Notes under the pieces: model-generated | Databases searched by the model: none | The model's input: the letters and a program-made list of their open reading frames with translations, nothing else | What the model was told of the DNA's origin: nothing | Position numbers and translations under genes: made by a program | Source: Octopus bimaculoides | Lineage: Eukaryota | Assembly (NCBI RefSeq): GCF_001194135.2 | Contig: NC_069005.1 | Coordinates: forward strand, 4,418,135 to 4,464,723 | Length of the DNA: 46,589 nucleotides | Reading direction: 5' to 3' | Shown here: positions 12,946 to 25,474 of the stretch, piece after piece | Position numbering within the stretch: position 1 is the stretch's first letter | How the letters are laid out: every line of letters begins with the position of its first letter

Positions 12946-13143
12946 CTGCAATGATATTATGATACTAAATAGATGCTTGTTAATTTGGCTTATTCTTTAT
13001 TATAATTAGATAGTATTATGAATGTGCAATTCACTCATGTAAATGGGCATCGAAACTATATTGAATACAGGTCCCACAAGGAATATACTACAATCGATTT
13101 CATCCGTTAACCCCAAATATTTTTAGACTAAAATTTTACTTAC

Positions 13144-15184
13144 CTTTCTTCCGAACTACCACCACCCAGGTCTTCCGAATTAGGGGAAGCTGACGACTCT
13201 TCCATGCAATAAGCACGTTCTTCATCGTTACTGTATTCCTCTCCACCGATAGATGATAATTCTTCATATTCATCAGGAGTGATAATTTCATCAGCTCTGC
13301 CCATTATACTTTTTATAGCGTCAACATAATGTGTTGAATTTTCTCCCAAAAGTACATAATTAAATACCTCACGATCAATATTTTCCCCATCATCAAAAGC
13401 ATTATTTTCCTGATCAGTAGGCTCCTGCTGATGTGTATGTATATGAAGGGATGCCTCATTCCCAACCATACATGAATCATTGCTCTCGTTTTCGTTTTTC
13501 TCTTTCGATTGGTTTTGTAACAGATCTACGCCAGGCCGCGCGTTATGAGGACCTACACACTCATTATCAGTTGCTCTATTCTCCAGGCAAGAATATCCAT
13601 TTAGAAAAGAACTTGTAGTGTCTGTTCTGTATTTTGCATTCTTATGTTCCAGCAAAGTTTCATTATTTTCAGGTACTGAGAATGATCTTCTATATGGGTT
13701 TGGAATATGAGGCCCCTCATGTAGAACAACCGAATTCGGATCAACCGCTCCATTTTCAGCAGAAGAGGGTGCCTGAAGTGCAGATGTAGCAAATGTGTTA
13801 TTCGAAATCTTAAAATCAACAGAGTTTTCACTATTTTCAGCATCAGTTGGTCTTCGGAGTAAAGTTACAGTTCTTGGGATTTCATTCGTTCCGATACACA
13901 CACCATAATTCCCATTGCATGCTGGTGAAGACTTCGCAGTAAGCGATCGAGATGTTTCATTTTTACCTGTATTCACTTCCTTCCCAAACATTCCATTTTC
14001 CTCAGGATAATGTGATTTTCGGAAAAGTTTTACCCGATGTGACATCGTTTTAGTTTTATTTTTTCCTTTTCTTCCTAACAAGAATAATGTTTCATCAACC
14101 AAATCTTCAGAGGAGAGAATCATTGCTTTCTTGGACGATGCATCATCAAAATTCAACGTGAATGAATTACCATTTTTTGACATCTTATCATGCAGTCTGA
14201 CATTCTCTAATGTTAATTTCTGATTTTGTTCATTTTTAAAGCATAATGTAGTATCTTTCACAAAACTGGAAACGAGACTTCCCTCTCTGCCGGCATTATC
14301 GCAATTGTTATACATCCCTATATAAAACATGGCCGGTTGATCATTGCAATCTGATGGTTCCCTGAATTGCAAAGCATTAGAAAATTCCACCAATCTTTCT
14401 TGCGTAAATCCCTGATCACGTTCTAATCGCCATATATCCCTTTCCACTCGACTGTGAGCATAAGAACAAAGGATGTTGTTACAGAAAGCAACTGAATCAC
14501 AAATTAAGTAAAATGCGTCCTTTCTTACAGTGAAGGGCTTCCTAATTTTAAATATTCCTGATCGTGTGAAGCATTGTAAAATTTTAGTTGCTTCCCAATA
14601 ATGTGCAACGGAACCAGCGCAATGATAAGGATTGTCGGAACTTTCTTTACAGGTTTCTCCTCTCTCTGAACAGGTTTTACAAATGAATTCATACATCTGT
14701 CCATATGTAGAAATAATATAATTGATGTCACACCTAGTTTTCTGCTGATATTCGATAAAATATTGAACGTTGAATTTTCCTTTGATTTCCTGCCGCCAAA
14801 GCTTAATCTCGAGTGGATTGTGTGCAAATACACATTTTTCTTCATTTTCGTGATATGAACCCGGCACATTATAGCATATATTTCTACAAGGTTCTGGAAT
14901 TTTAGTAGTACCATTTTGGTTTATATATTCACGCACACGATTCCAATATGGGGTACCTTTCTCAACAAATGCAAGAATATTGCGTTGGCATCGGTGACTC
15001 TGGAAAGTTTTATTTGCATGTATAGGAAAGCAATCTCTACAAAATAAAGCGTATTCATGGGTATCCATCAATGGGTGATATTTTAGGTTTAATGAACGAT
15101 TTTGGTTGGCATATGTCTTCCCATTACTTGATTTGGTACTTCTTCCATTACTCGAATATTGTTGGGTGTAATCGATGTTCGATG
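13144..15184 (-). CDS. Gene B, large exon 3: ZC3H7/RoXaN-like Cys/His zinc-finger module plus a Ser/Asn/Glu-rich, probably disordered and acidic tail
   Basis: Acceptor ttcgatttctcaatag at 15185 is in frame (phase 1) with the 643-aa ORF. The track's 'stop' TAA is part of an AG|GTAAGT donor at 13143. Motifs THEYALFCRDCF..HRCQRNIL..W..VR, CVFAHNPLEIKLW, FICKTC, HYWEATK and C-x5-C-x4-C-SYAHSRVERDIW follow the order I recall from ZC3H7A/B (THEFxxACxxC, HKCKRDIL, CTFAYHQEEIDVW, FLCEIC, CHFAHSFIELKVW). The family assignment is from memory of the alignment, not a search. Confidence 0.85.
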
Positions 15185-15317
15185 CTATTGAGAAATCGAA
15201 AGACGTTTTTGGTAAGAATAGCTAAAATCATACGATATTAATTATAATTCAAAATTAATAATATTTATCATAAGAACAACAATAATAATTCCTTCAAATA
15301 TAGGCATAAAGCCTAAT

Positions 15318-15478
15318 AATTGGTGGGGGTATAGTCAATTACATCGACCCCAGTATGAAACTGATACTTATCTTATCGACGTCGAAAGTTAAAAAAATGC
15401 AAAGTCGACCTCGGCCGAATTTGAACTCGGAACGTTGCGATGAGTGAAATAAAACTAAGCAATTCTTATAGCGTGCCA
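15318..15478 (-). mobile_element. SINE (1586-1784 family) in intron 2 of gene B, next to a (GAA)n tract
   Basis: catcgaccccagt...ttatcgac...caaagtcgacctcggccgaatttgaactc. Confidence 0.7.
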
Positions 15479-15696
15479 AAAATACTATCAAGAAGAAGAA
15501 GAAGAAGAAGAGAGAGGAGGAGTAGGAGGAGATAAATATGCTTCGCTTATCATTCAAATTATTCGACTATTATTTTATCCTCTGCAGAAACACCAAATTC
15601 ATTCAGGAAGATAGAAGTTAAATGGGGTTTAAGTATTGATCGTAAAATGTAATAAGTAAATATACTGAATTATAATATGACTGAAAGAGTACTCAC

Positions 15697-15733
15697 CCTC
15701 GAAAACAGCATATTGTACGCTTGCTTCTGTTAA
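15697..15733 (-). CDS. Gene B, 37-nt micro-exon 2 (LTEASVQYAVFE+G)
   Basis: tattttatgccattacag|TTAACA...TTCGAGG|gtgagtac. The flanks are near-identical to those of gene C exon 2 (tattttatgacattacag|...|gtgagtac). Confidence 0.85.
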
Positions 15734-16000
15734 CTGTAATGGCATAAAATACATATTTTCAATGTAATATGCGAAATAGAAATTTTAATAAAATTTATAT
15801 GAAAATGTGTTTTTTGTATGGTGGCTATTGCGAATAATATTTGAACTGGAAAATACAAAGTAAGGCATGCGAACTTTTAAGTTAACTTATTCATTTATTT
15901 CAAATTAATTAATTACCCGAACGTAGACTATTTATTAACGGAGTTTATGTGTCTTCGTCTCTGTGTGTGCGCGTGTATATTAGTATTCAATAAGACTTAC

Positions 16001-16087
16001 CACTGGCTGAAACAGTGCCTGCTCATCAACGTACAATTGATAGTATTGATAATCGTAGTGAAATCCTATTACTTCTTGATTTTCCAT
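16001..16087 (-). CDS. Gene B, coding exon 1: MENQEVIGFHYDYQYYQLYVDEQALFQPV; full exon 16131..16001
   Basis: Acceptor atattacag at 16132, ATG at 16087, 87 nt (29 codons), CCAGTG|gtaagt donor at 16000. Homologous to 29379..29465. Confidence 0.85.
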
Positions 16088-16804
16088 TTTTTCTCGTCGC
16101 TGCTTTTAGAGAAATAACTTCAAATGCTTGTCTGTAATATAATATTTTTAAATCAAGGAATTTATGGTAGAATCCACTGATGTATTAAAAGAATTTAGTG
16201 AAATTCTAATAAATACGTCTGGAGTTGTTGCAACACATTTAGATAAATTCGCGATAGAGTTTCAATGACCGAGGAAGAATTCATCAAACAAGATTTTATT
16301 TTCAGATATTTAGATTGCTTCCCTTTACTCATTTCATCTTCCCTTAAGTACACCAACACCAGATGTTGACAATTCTTCATCAGAAAAAGAGGGATAGATA
16401 TACGATACAAACAGCAGACGTAATTAAAATATACACAGATTTCTTGCATAAGGAAAGACGAGGATACGTATACGTCAATTTGAGGGAGATGTACTCAATT
16501 TGCATGGTTGAGGGATGAATATATATGCAAAAATGTATAGATAAATAAATCAATAAATAAGTAGAGATATTTATTTTAAATGTTACTCACATCTTCAGAG
16601 ATCCCATGTATATATCAGGGCATTGTAGGAAATGCTTTGCAATGTCTGGCAAATACTTAAAGCGCACGTAATGACCTTTCTTGATGTGGATTCATAGGAT
16701 TAAAACAGATATGCAGATCTCTGTTCAAAGGCATTCAAGTCGTGAGAGATTCCTATTTTTCCCACTTCTATTCCATTTAAGCTCGCATTATATAATATGA
16801 GTTG

Positions 16805-17020
16805 CAAGGCGTCGAGCCGACAGAATCCTAAGCACACCGGGTTAAAGGCTTAGCGGTATTTCGTTTGTCTTTACATTATGAGTTCAAATTCGCCGAGGTC
16901 TATTTTCACTTTCATCCTTTCGGGTTCGATAAATAAAGTACCCGTCAGATACTGAGGTCGATCTAATCGACTGGAAACCCTCCCCCAAAACATTTCGGGC
17001 CTTTTGCCTGGAGTAGAAAA
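16805..17020 (+). mobile_element. tRNA-derived SINE (1586-1784 family)
   Basis: aaggcgtcgagccgacagaatc...gagttcaaattcgccgagg...ttcatcctttcgggttcgataaataaagtacc. Confidence 0.75.
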
Positions 17021-18263
17021 GATTACATCATCTGATTTGCGATTTTATGGAAGTAGTTTTACTGTGGATGGAATATTGCTCCTGTTTCTGTTAGATATTC
17101 TAGTAATAGTAGCAACTTCCTTGATCTCCTATAGAAAGCAAGAAACTCTTTAGCAATTCGAAACCGTCATACAAGAAGGATGAAGCCTAAACACTCAATA
17201 CATAGCCTCCCCTCCCATAGAACCCTAACAAATGTTATGTTCCCCAAAATGTGACCGTAATTACATACTCGTTTCAAACGAGAATAAATTCTTGAATGTG
17301 TAATGTAGAAATAAAATCGTAAATGAAAATAATATTTGTCAATAGATTTCTATGTATGTATGTGTATAAATTTTACTATGAATTTTTGCGTATGCATATA
17401 TGAAAGTTGGTATATATATATGAGTTGTTTAGAAGATTATACACCTTAGACGTATGATTTATGTCTTTCATACGTATATATGTTAGTGTGTCAGAGTGTA
17501 TGCATTTTTAGAGTGAGAGTGTACGTGTAAATATAACAGAAATGCGTAAAGCTCATTTGAAAACATTTCGTTTGGTCAAACGAAATAATGCTAATTAAAT
17601 AACATAAAACGGCAAGTTAGACGTAAGAAACTGATGCCTACCGAGAATATTATGACTTTTTAGATATTTAAAATCTTGCAGTTCTATCTATAATTTTTCT
17701 ACATGCTTTGAAAATGTTTTCCATTTAAATTTATACGCTGGTACATACTTATAGCATATATGATGTATCTATATATTTTAATTAGAGATATGAAACCGTC
17801 ATGCATGTTCCACAATAATTATTCATAAAATTTACAGGTTATTCTCTGAAATCCTAAAATAAAATTATGAATATATATTGTTATCCTTTGGGATGGTTAT
17901 ATATTTTGCCAACAGAAGATACGCGGTTACTGGCAAAGTATGCCTAACTCCAATTTTAACAATATTTTCTTCAATACACGATTTCAACTATAATGCTGGA
18001 TGTTCGGAAATCTAATGAAATATTATTTTCGGACACCAAAGTACAATAATAACAAATATGCTCCGTATACTTAAGCTTCAGTGGCTGCAGGAAATGTTTT
18101 AAGTATATTTTTAGAGCAAAAACGATTTGAAATTCTAAAAGCCCTGTTTTTATTGAAATATATGTTAGGCAGACGACAGGTCATAGTTGGGCGCCCAGTC
18201 AGTTAAGACGGTAAGCAATAGGTCAACTTACTACTACATAGGGAGAAAGAGAGAGAGAGAGAG

Positions 18264-18317
<54 letters not shown>

Positions 18318-18829
18318 TCAGTGAGATACACACACACACACACACGCATACACACAAAGAAAGAGACCGCCTTATTCAGCGTAAGATGTGTATTTTCATG
18401 TAGGGAGATATATGTTCAGAGTAAAAATAAAATGAAATTCTAAGACAGCTTTTAAGTAAAATATCGTTTTAAGTGTAATTTAGGCAGTCAACGGGTCACT
18501 GACACAACTGACCGACCCCACACAGGCTGAAGAGGCAGGGCCGACGTTAAGCAACAAGTCGACTTACTACTTCCCATCCATGAAACAAAGACCGTTCAAA
18601 ACATGACAGCTGCCTGTCTATTGTGTAGCACATGGATTCGACCTGCGTCCACTCCGTAAACACATCTGTTGTAGTGCGGTTGTAATATAGAATGGAATAT
18701 ATGTCTCAGTGAATTTGGTTAACTGCACCCAGGTTGAAGCAACTGGAAGATATTTTAGTCGAATCCATCGTCACCAGAGTTTATTTTTTAAACCATGTAC
18801 ATATTCTATAGGCCTGTTTGACCAAACTG

Positions 18830-19055
18830 CTATGTTACTGGGACGGAAACATACGAAAAGCTGTTGTCAAGTGGTGACGGTGGGGACAAACACACACACT
18901 TGTTCATACAACCGACTTCTATCTGTTTTTATGTACTAAATCTACTCACAAGGCTTTGGTCGGCGCGAGTGTATATTAGAAAACACTTAATCAAGGTGCC
19001 GCACATTGGATCTGAATGCAGTACCAAGTGGTTTCGAAGCCAGCGTGTTACCACA
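18830..19055 (-). mobile_element. Degenerate pair of SINE fragments arranged as at 12570-12945
   Basis: ggttgtcaag...ggggacaaacacac-like segment followed by aaatctactcacaaggctttggtcggc...accac. Confidence 0.55.
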
Positions 19056-19106
19056 ATAATATAATCGTATTCTAGACAGAAATATGCACACATATACACC
19101 CACGCG

Positions 19107-19146
<40 letters not shown>

Positions 19147-19160
19147 CAAAAAAACAATAC

Positions 19161-19293
19161 AATTCACTTCGGCTGTTTCCGTGAAAAGCTGAAAAGCACA
19201 TGGTTAACTGTCATGAAATGGGAGGAGGAGAATAAAGCTAATGGGTTGTACGTGCTTGCGTGCTTGTTCCTCTGTGTGTGTGTGTGTGGATGT

Positions 19294-19367
<74 letters not shown>

Positions 19368-19630
19368 GTGTGCGTGTTCCTCTGTCTGTGTGTACGTGCA
19401 TATTTGTGTGTGCGTGCTTGTTTGTGTGTGTGTATGTGACTGCTCTGTTAAGCTCGTACACACAAACAGAGGAACAAGCTATAACCCCAGGCCTTAAGAG
19501 TGAATTAGGTAGATAGAAACTGAAAAGCACGCAGACACATACAACCCATTAGCTTTTTTCCTCTCCTTCCATTTCATGATAGTTGATCACGTGGTTTTCA
19601 GCTTTTCACGGAAACAGCCGAAGTGGAATT
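19161..19630. mobile_element. Fold-back / MITE-like element with ~105-bp terminal inverted repeats around a (TG)n core
   Basis: aattcacttcggctgtttccgtgaaaagctgaaaa... at 19161 is the reverse complement of ...ttttcagcttttcacggaaacagccgaagtggaatt ending at 19630. Inner IR gcttgttcctctgt/acagaggaacaagc. No clear target-site duplication. Confidence 0.6.
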
Positions 19631-20149
19631 AAGTAACATTTTAAGACAGACATGGAAATCGATAATATTACTATTAAAATGTTAAGCATTTAGAATAGAA
19701 AGAAAAAAAATTGCACTTTCGGAAACAGGACAATAATCTGATATCTCTATGTAGGGAATGAAATCTGTGTAATGCAAGGGTAAACTCTTTCCTACGCTGA
19801 CTGACAAATAGTCAGTTTGTAAACATTACACCTGAGGTCAGATAACAACAAAGAAGTTTGCATTAGTCACTAATGAATGAGTAGTTTTCTATTAGCTGAT
19901 TGTTCAGTGAAGCGTACGATTGACCGAATGGGGTGGGGAAGTATCAAATTTCAGATACTATGGAAAAGACATTTAGGAGACGGAATTTTAATTAGAAATG
20001 CATATGTGAATATGTTCGTTATATTCATGCATTTTTCAAATATTATTCGTTAAAAACATTGAAGCTAAATAGCACAAACCGTTATTTAAAATTTAACAGT
20101 TCGCACTTTAATCTACTTTAAATTCTTATAACGTTTTACAGTTATTTGA

Positions 20150-20320
20150 CTGCGACCATGCTGTAACACACCATTTAAGGGTTTTAGTCAAACAAATAGA
20201 TACCGAGAAATACATTTTAAAGCCTAGTACTTATTCTATCAAACTCTCTTGCCGAACCGCTAAGTGAGAGAACGTAAACACACCAGCATCGGTTGTCAAG
20301 TTATAGTGGGGTACAAACAG
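20150..20320 (-). mobile_element. SINE (7776-7910 family)
   Basis: gcgaccatgctg...aagcctagtacttattctatc...gccgaaccgctaagt...cgtaaacacacc. Confidence 0.7.
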
Positions 20321-21122
20321 AGGCACACATATCTATGCATATATCTACGTATGTATATATATATATGTATATACATGTATATATGTGAGGATTTTAAAGA
20401 GCATTTAAAAACACATAAAAACCGTTAGATTCATTTCAACATTTAAATTCAATTAGTTTCAAAATATTTTCGTCGGTTTGAAACCGTGACCTGTCCACTG
20501 ACAGAATCCACTGCTACATTGTTCGTTAGAGGGTAGACGCGAGCAAACATCGCACAATTTTCTACGCACATCAAATACAAACAAATGGCATGAGATACAT
20601 ACAACTACTACGGGTTTGACGATTTTCTCGTATGTTATCTAATTATAATTCATAATTATATGTTCAGCAGAATATTTGATATAGATCCTAATAAGATGTT
20701 ACTGAAATAATCAATATATACTCACAGCACACTTTCTGGAAACACACAAGAGGCACACACAGGTAAGATAACTCGCCTTGAATCCCATAGAAGTGATTCA
20801 ATCCTAGAAGCTGAGTTATATGGTCTGCCGTTGACGCCAACGTCGTTTTCCACCCGGTGATTTAAGTGACTACACCTCTGCCATCCTTGAGGAGGTGCAT
20901 AAAGAAATATAGGCTGCATAGGTTTTACGTTTACGTGACTGATATGTGTGTGGGCGCGCGTGCGCGTGTGTGCCTGTAAGTGCGTGTGAATATGTATTAA
21001 TGTACGGTGCATCAGCATGGCCGCAGCTCTAAGCTGAAACTGTAAAAGATAAAAGATATATACATACACACACAGACACACATATAAATGTTATAGAAGC
21101 ATATACAAGTACAGAATATATG

Positions 21123-21156
<34 letters not shown>

Positions 21157-21824
21157 NNNNNNNNNNNNNNNNNNNNNNNNNNNNNNNNNNNNNNNNNNNN
21201 NNNNNNNNNNNNNNNNNNNNNNNNNNNNNNNNNNNNNNNNNNNNNNNNNNNNNNNNNNNNNNNNNNNNNNNNNNNNNNNNNNNNNNNNNNNNNNNNNNNN
21301 NNNNNNNNNNNNNNNNNNNNNNNNNNNNNNNNNNNNNNNNNNNNNNNNNNNNNNNNNNNNNNNNNNNNNNNNNNNNNNNNNNNNNNNNNNNNNNNNNNNN
21401 NNNNNNNNNNNNNNNNNNNNNNNNNNNNNNNNNNNNNNNNNNNNNNNNNNNNNNNNNNNNNNNNNNNNNNNNNNNNNNNNNNNNNNNNNNNNNNNNNNNN
21501 NNNNNNNNNNNNNNNNNNNNNNNNNNNNNNNNNNNNNNNNNNNNNNNNNNNNNNNNNNNNNNNNNNNNNNNNNNNNNNNNNNNNNNNNNNNNNNNNNNNN
21601 NNNNNNNNNNNNNNNNNNNNNNNNNNNNNNNNNNNNNNNNNNNNNNNNNNNNNNNNNNNNNNNNNNNNNNNNNNNNNNNNNNNNNNNNNNNNNNNNNNNN
21701 NNNNNNNNNNNNNNNNNNNNNNNNNNNNNNNNNNNNNNNNNNNNNNNNNNNNNNNNNNNNNNNNNNNNNNNNNNNNNNNNNCAGAGAGGGACTGAACTCT
21801 GGACTATGCAAACCAAATCCACTC

Positions 21825-21942
21825 GATGAAAGCTAAAGCTGATCGAGGCTATAGAAGACACTAGCCCAAGTGACCAAGCAGCGGGATTGAACTCCCAGCG
21901 ATGTGGTTGGGAAGCAAGCTTTTTTACCACAGCCACACCTGC
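21825..21942 (-). mobile_element. SINE (gtggctgtgtggtaag family)
   Basis: gaggctatagaagacactagcccaag...gattgaactc...gtggttgggaagcaagc...accacagccac. Confidence 0.7.
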
Positions 21943-21999
21943 AAATAATTCATTGATATGTAATATCACACTGACTTGTGTGTATTTGTGGGAGAAGGA

Positions 22000-22810
22000 A
22001 AGAGAGGAAGTAAGAGAGTGAGAGAAGGAAAGACAAACAGAAACAAAGGGAGGGAGAGGGGAAAACAGGAAGGAAGTCGAAAGAAAGATAGAGATACAGG
22101 AAGAGAGACAGACAGAAAGAAAGAGAGAGAAGAAAAAGGGAAGTGTGAGGGAGAGAAAGACAGATAGAAACAAAGGGAGAGAGAGACATAAATGGGGAGG
22201 GGGAGAATGAAAGATAGAAACAAAGGGAGAGAGAGAGGGCGAGGAAGAGAGAGAGAGAGGGCGAGGAAGAGAGAGAGAGCGAGGAAGAGAGAGAGCGAGG
22301 AAGAGAGAGAGAGAGAGAGGGGGCGAGGAAGAGAGAAAGAGAGAGGGCGAGGAAGAGAGAGAGAGAGAGGGCGAGGAAGAGAGAGAAACAACAGGNNNNN
22401 NNNNNGAGAGAGGGCGAGGAAGAGAGAGAGAGAGAGAGGGCGAGGAAGAGAGAGAGAGAGAGGGCGAGGAAGAGAGAGAAACAACAGGAGAGGGGGAAAT
22501 GGAGAGAGAGGGTGCGGGATTGAGAGAGAGAGAAAAAATACAGACAGAGAAAAAGTGAGAGAGAGGGTAAGGGATGAGAGGTGGGCAGTGAAAGAAACAG
22601 ATAAAAAGACAGGCAGAAACAAAGGGAAAGAGAGGCAGAGGGACGGGAGAGAGAAAACGACAGAGAGAAACATAGGAGAGTGAGTGAAAATGGGAGAGAG
22701 GGGAAGAGAAAGAGAGGGAGAATGATGGTGGGATAAAAGAGAAAGTGGGAGGAAGGGAGGAAGGGTGAGAGAAACAGAGACAAACAGAGAGAGAGAGAGA
22801 GAGAGAGAGA
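22000..22810 (+). repeat. GA-rich low-complexity tract including a gagagagggcgaggaa-type minisatellite
   Basis: Repeated gggcgaggaagagaga units at about 22240-22470. Confidence 0.9.
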
Positions 22811-24058
22811 CTGCCTGTGCGCATTACAGTGTAAGATGTATTCATGTGGGTAGATATATGCTGAGTAAAAAGAAAATGATATTTTTAACAGAGTTTTATT
22901 AAATTCAGGCAGGTAAAATTATCATTAATGTTTAACAATGACACATTTGACTGACTCAACACTAACCAGGGAGTCCGGTCTCACACTAGGCAAAAGCTGA
23001 CGCTTCTACTTCGCAGTCATGAAACTATGACCAGCCACATAAATTCGGCCGAAGACGAAAAGATGACAGCTGCCCTCCTACTGTTTAACGACTCATCCCT
23101 TCGGCCAGTTCTGTACCTAACAATGACACATTTGACTGACTCAAAAAAGGAGAGTGGGGGAAAGGGACAAATATATATAGAGAGGAGAATATATACAGAA
23201 ACAAAGAGAGAGAGGGGTAAAAAGGGAGGGAGTGGGAGAGAGGGAGAGAGTAAACAACAGAAGCAAATGGAGAGAGGGGGGAAATGACGAGTGAGGGCGA
23301 GAGAGAGAGAGAGAGAAAAGAGAAAGTGGGAGAAAAGAAAGGGTGAGAGAGAGATGGAGAGAGAGACTGCCTGTGCGCATTACAGTGTACGATGTATTCA
23401 TGTGGGTAGATATATGTTCAGAGTTAAAAGAAAATGAAATTTATACAGAGTTTTATTAAATTCAGGCAGGCAAAATAGCATTAATGTTTAACAATGACAC
23501 ATTTGACTGACTGAACACTGACCAGAGAGTCCGGTCTCACGCTAGGCAAAAGGTGACTTTTCTATTTCGCAGTCATGAAACTATGTCCGTCCACATACAT
23601 ACCGCCGAAGGTGAAAAGATAGCAGCTGCCTTGCTATTGTTTAACGACTAATCCCTTCGGCCAGTTCGGTACCTAAATACACCTTCAAAGAGGAGAAGTA
23701 TAGAAAACACCGATTTGAAAGGCTTTCGAGTCTGAATGAAAGTAATTCGTTCCTATTTAATATTATCGTGACGTCTACGTGCTCCCGAATGTGTGTATGT
23801 GTGTGAGTGTGTGTGTGTGTGTAGCTGTGTTTGTTTGCCTGTTAGTTTGTGGGAGCTAATGCGTTTCTTGGCATGGAATCTGTATTTTCATTAACCCAAT
23901 ATGAATTTAGTCCTTCTCTACACTAACAACTAAAGCCAGCTGAATCGGCGCTCCAGCATGGCCGTAGTCAAATGACAGAAGCAAGTAAAAGACAAAAGGA
24001 ATATGTATAAGTGAGAGGGTGTTGCGTTCGTGTATTTGTGAATGTATGTCTATGTGTG

Positions 24059-24094
<36 letters not shown>

Positions 24095-24622
24095 NNNNNN
24101 NNNNNNNNNNNNNNNNNNNNNNNNNNNNNNNNNNNNNNNNNNNNNNNNNNNNNNNNNNNNNNNNNNNNNNNNNNNNNNNNNNNNNNNNNNNNNNNNNNNN
24201 NNNNNNNNNNNNNNNNNNNNNNNNNNNNNNNNNNNNNNNNNNNNNNNNNNNNNNNNNNNNNNNNNNNNNNNNNNNNNNNNNNNNNNNNNNNNNNNNNNNN
24301 NNNNNNNNNNNNNNNNNNNNNNNNNNNNNNNNNNNNNNNNNNNNNNNNNNNNNNNNNNNNNNNNNNNNNNNNNNNNNNNNNNNNNNNNNNNNNNNNNNNN
24401 NNNNNNNNNNNNNNNNNNNNNNNNNNNNNNNNNNNNNNNNNNNNNNNNNNNNNNNNNNNNNNNNNNNNNNNNNNNNNNNNNNNNNNNNNNNNNNNNNNNN
24501 NNNNNNNNNNNNNNNNNNNNNNNNNNNNNNNNNNNNNNNNNNNNNNNNNNNNNNNNNNNNNNNNNNNNNNNNNNNNNNNNNNNNNNNNNNNNNNNNNNNN
24601 NNNNNNNNNNNNNNNNNNNNNN

Positions 24623-24666
<44 letters not shown>

Positions 24667-24970
24667 AAGAGAGCCTGTTCGTATTTCAGTGTACGAAGTG
24701 TATATTCTTGTGGGTAGATATCTTTTCAGAGTAAAATCAAAATGAATATTTTGATAAATTTTATTAAAATAACATTTTAATTCAGGCAGGTAAAATATCA
24801 TTGTTGTTTAACAATGACACATTTGACTTACTCAACACCGGCCCGAGAGTCAGGAGAAACGATATACAAAAGTTCACGTTTCTACTTAACATTCACGAAA
24901 CCATGTCCGTCCACATATATACCGCCGAAGTTGAAAAGATTGTGGCTACATAAATACATACGCACACACG

Positions 24971-25017
<47 letters not shown>

Positions 25018-25353
25018 ATATAGATAAAAGACGCCACTAGGTGGACTGCTAATGTGCTAGAAGAAAATCACATGTCATGTGTCTACTAAGACCGAACAAT
25101 TCTCAAAGAGAATTTAGCGAAGTAACAAATGTTTTTGTAGACACATGACATGTGAGCCTTTCCTAGCTCATTAGCAGTCCACCCAGTGGCCTCCTTTATA
25201 TATATTTTTATATAAACATATATAATAATCCTTTGAGATCTCAGATACTTTTTCTGATTCTCCCTGATTCTTTTAATGCGCTTGTTCCCTGGTATTAAAT
25301 TTATATTAATTATTATCCAATTTTTTAGCCTATTTTTTAATTTAATTTCATAT

Positions 25354-25394
<41 letters not shown>

Positions 25395-25474
25395 NNNNNN
25401 NNNNNNNNNNNNNNNNNNNNNNNNNNNNNNNNNNNNNNNNNNNNNNNNNTATGAAATTACGATTCTTATAACGT

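Larger units (their letters stand above)
18363..24945 (+). repeat. Second local repeat family, ~270-320 bp, four direct copies (about 18363-18630, 22808-23132, 23364-23676, 24670-24945)
   Basis: Shared segments such as cagtgtaagatgtattcatgtgggtagatatatg, aaattcaggcaggtaaaat, aacaatgacacatttgactgact, catgaaac and gacagctgcc. The 18.4-kb copy is the most diverged. Confidence 0.85.
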
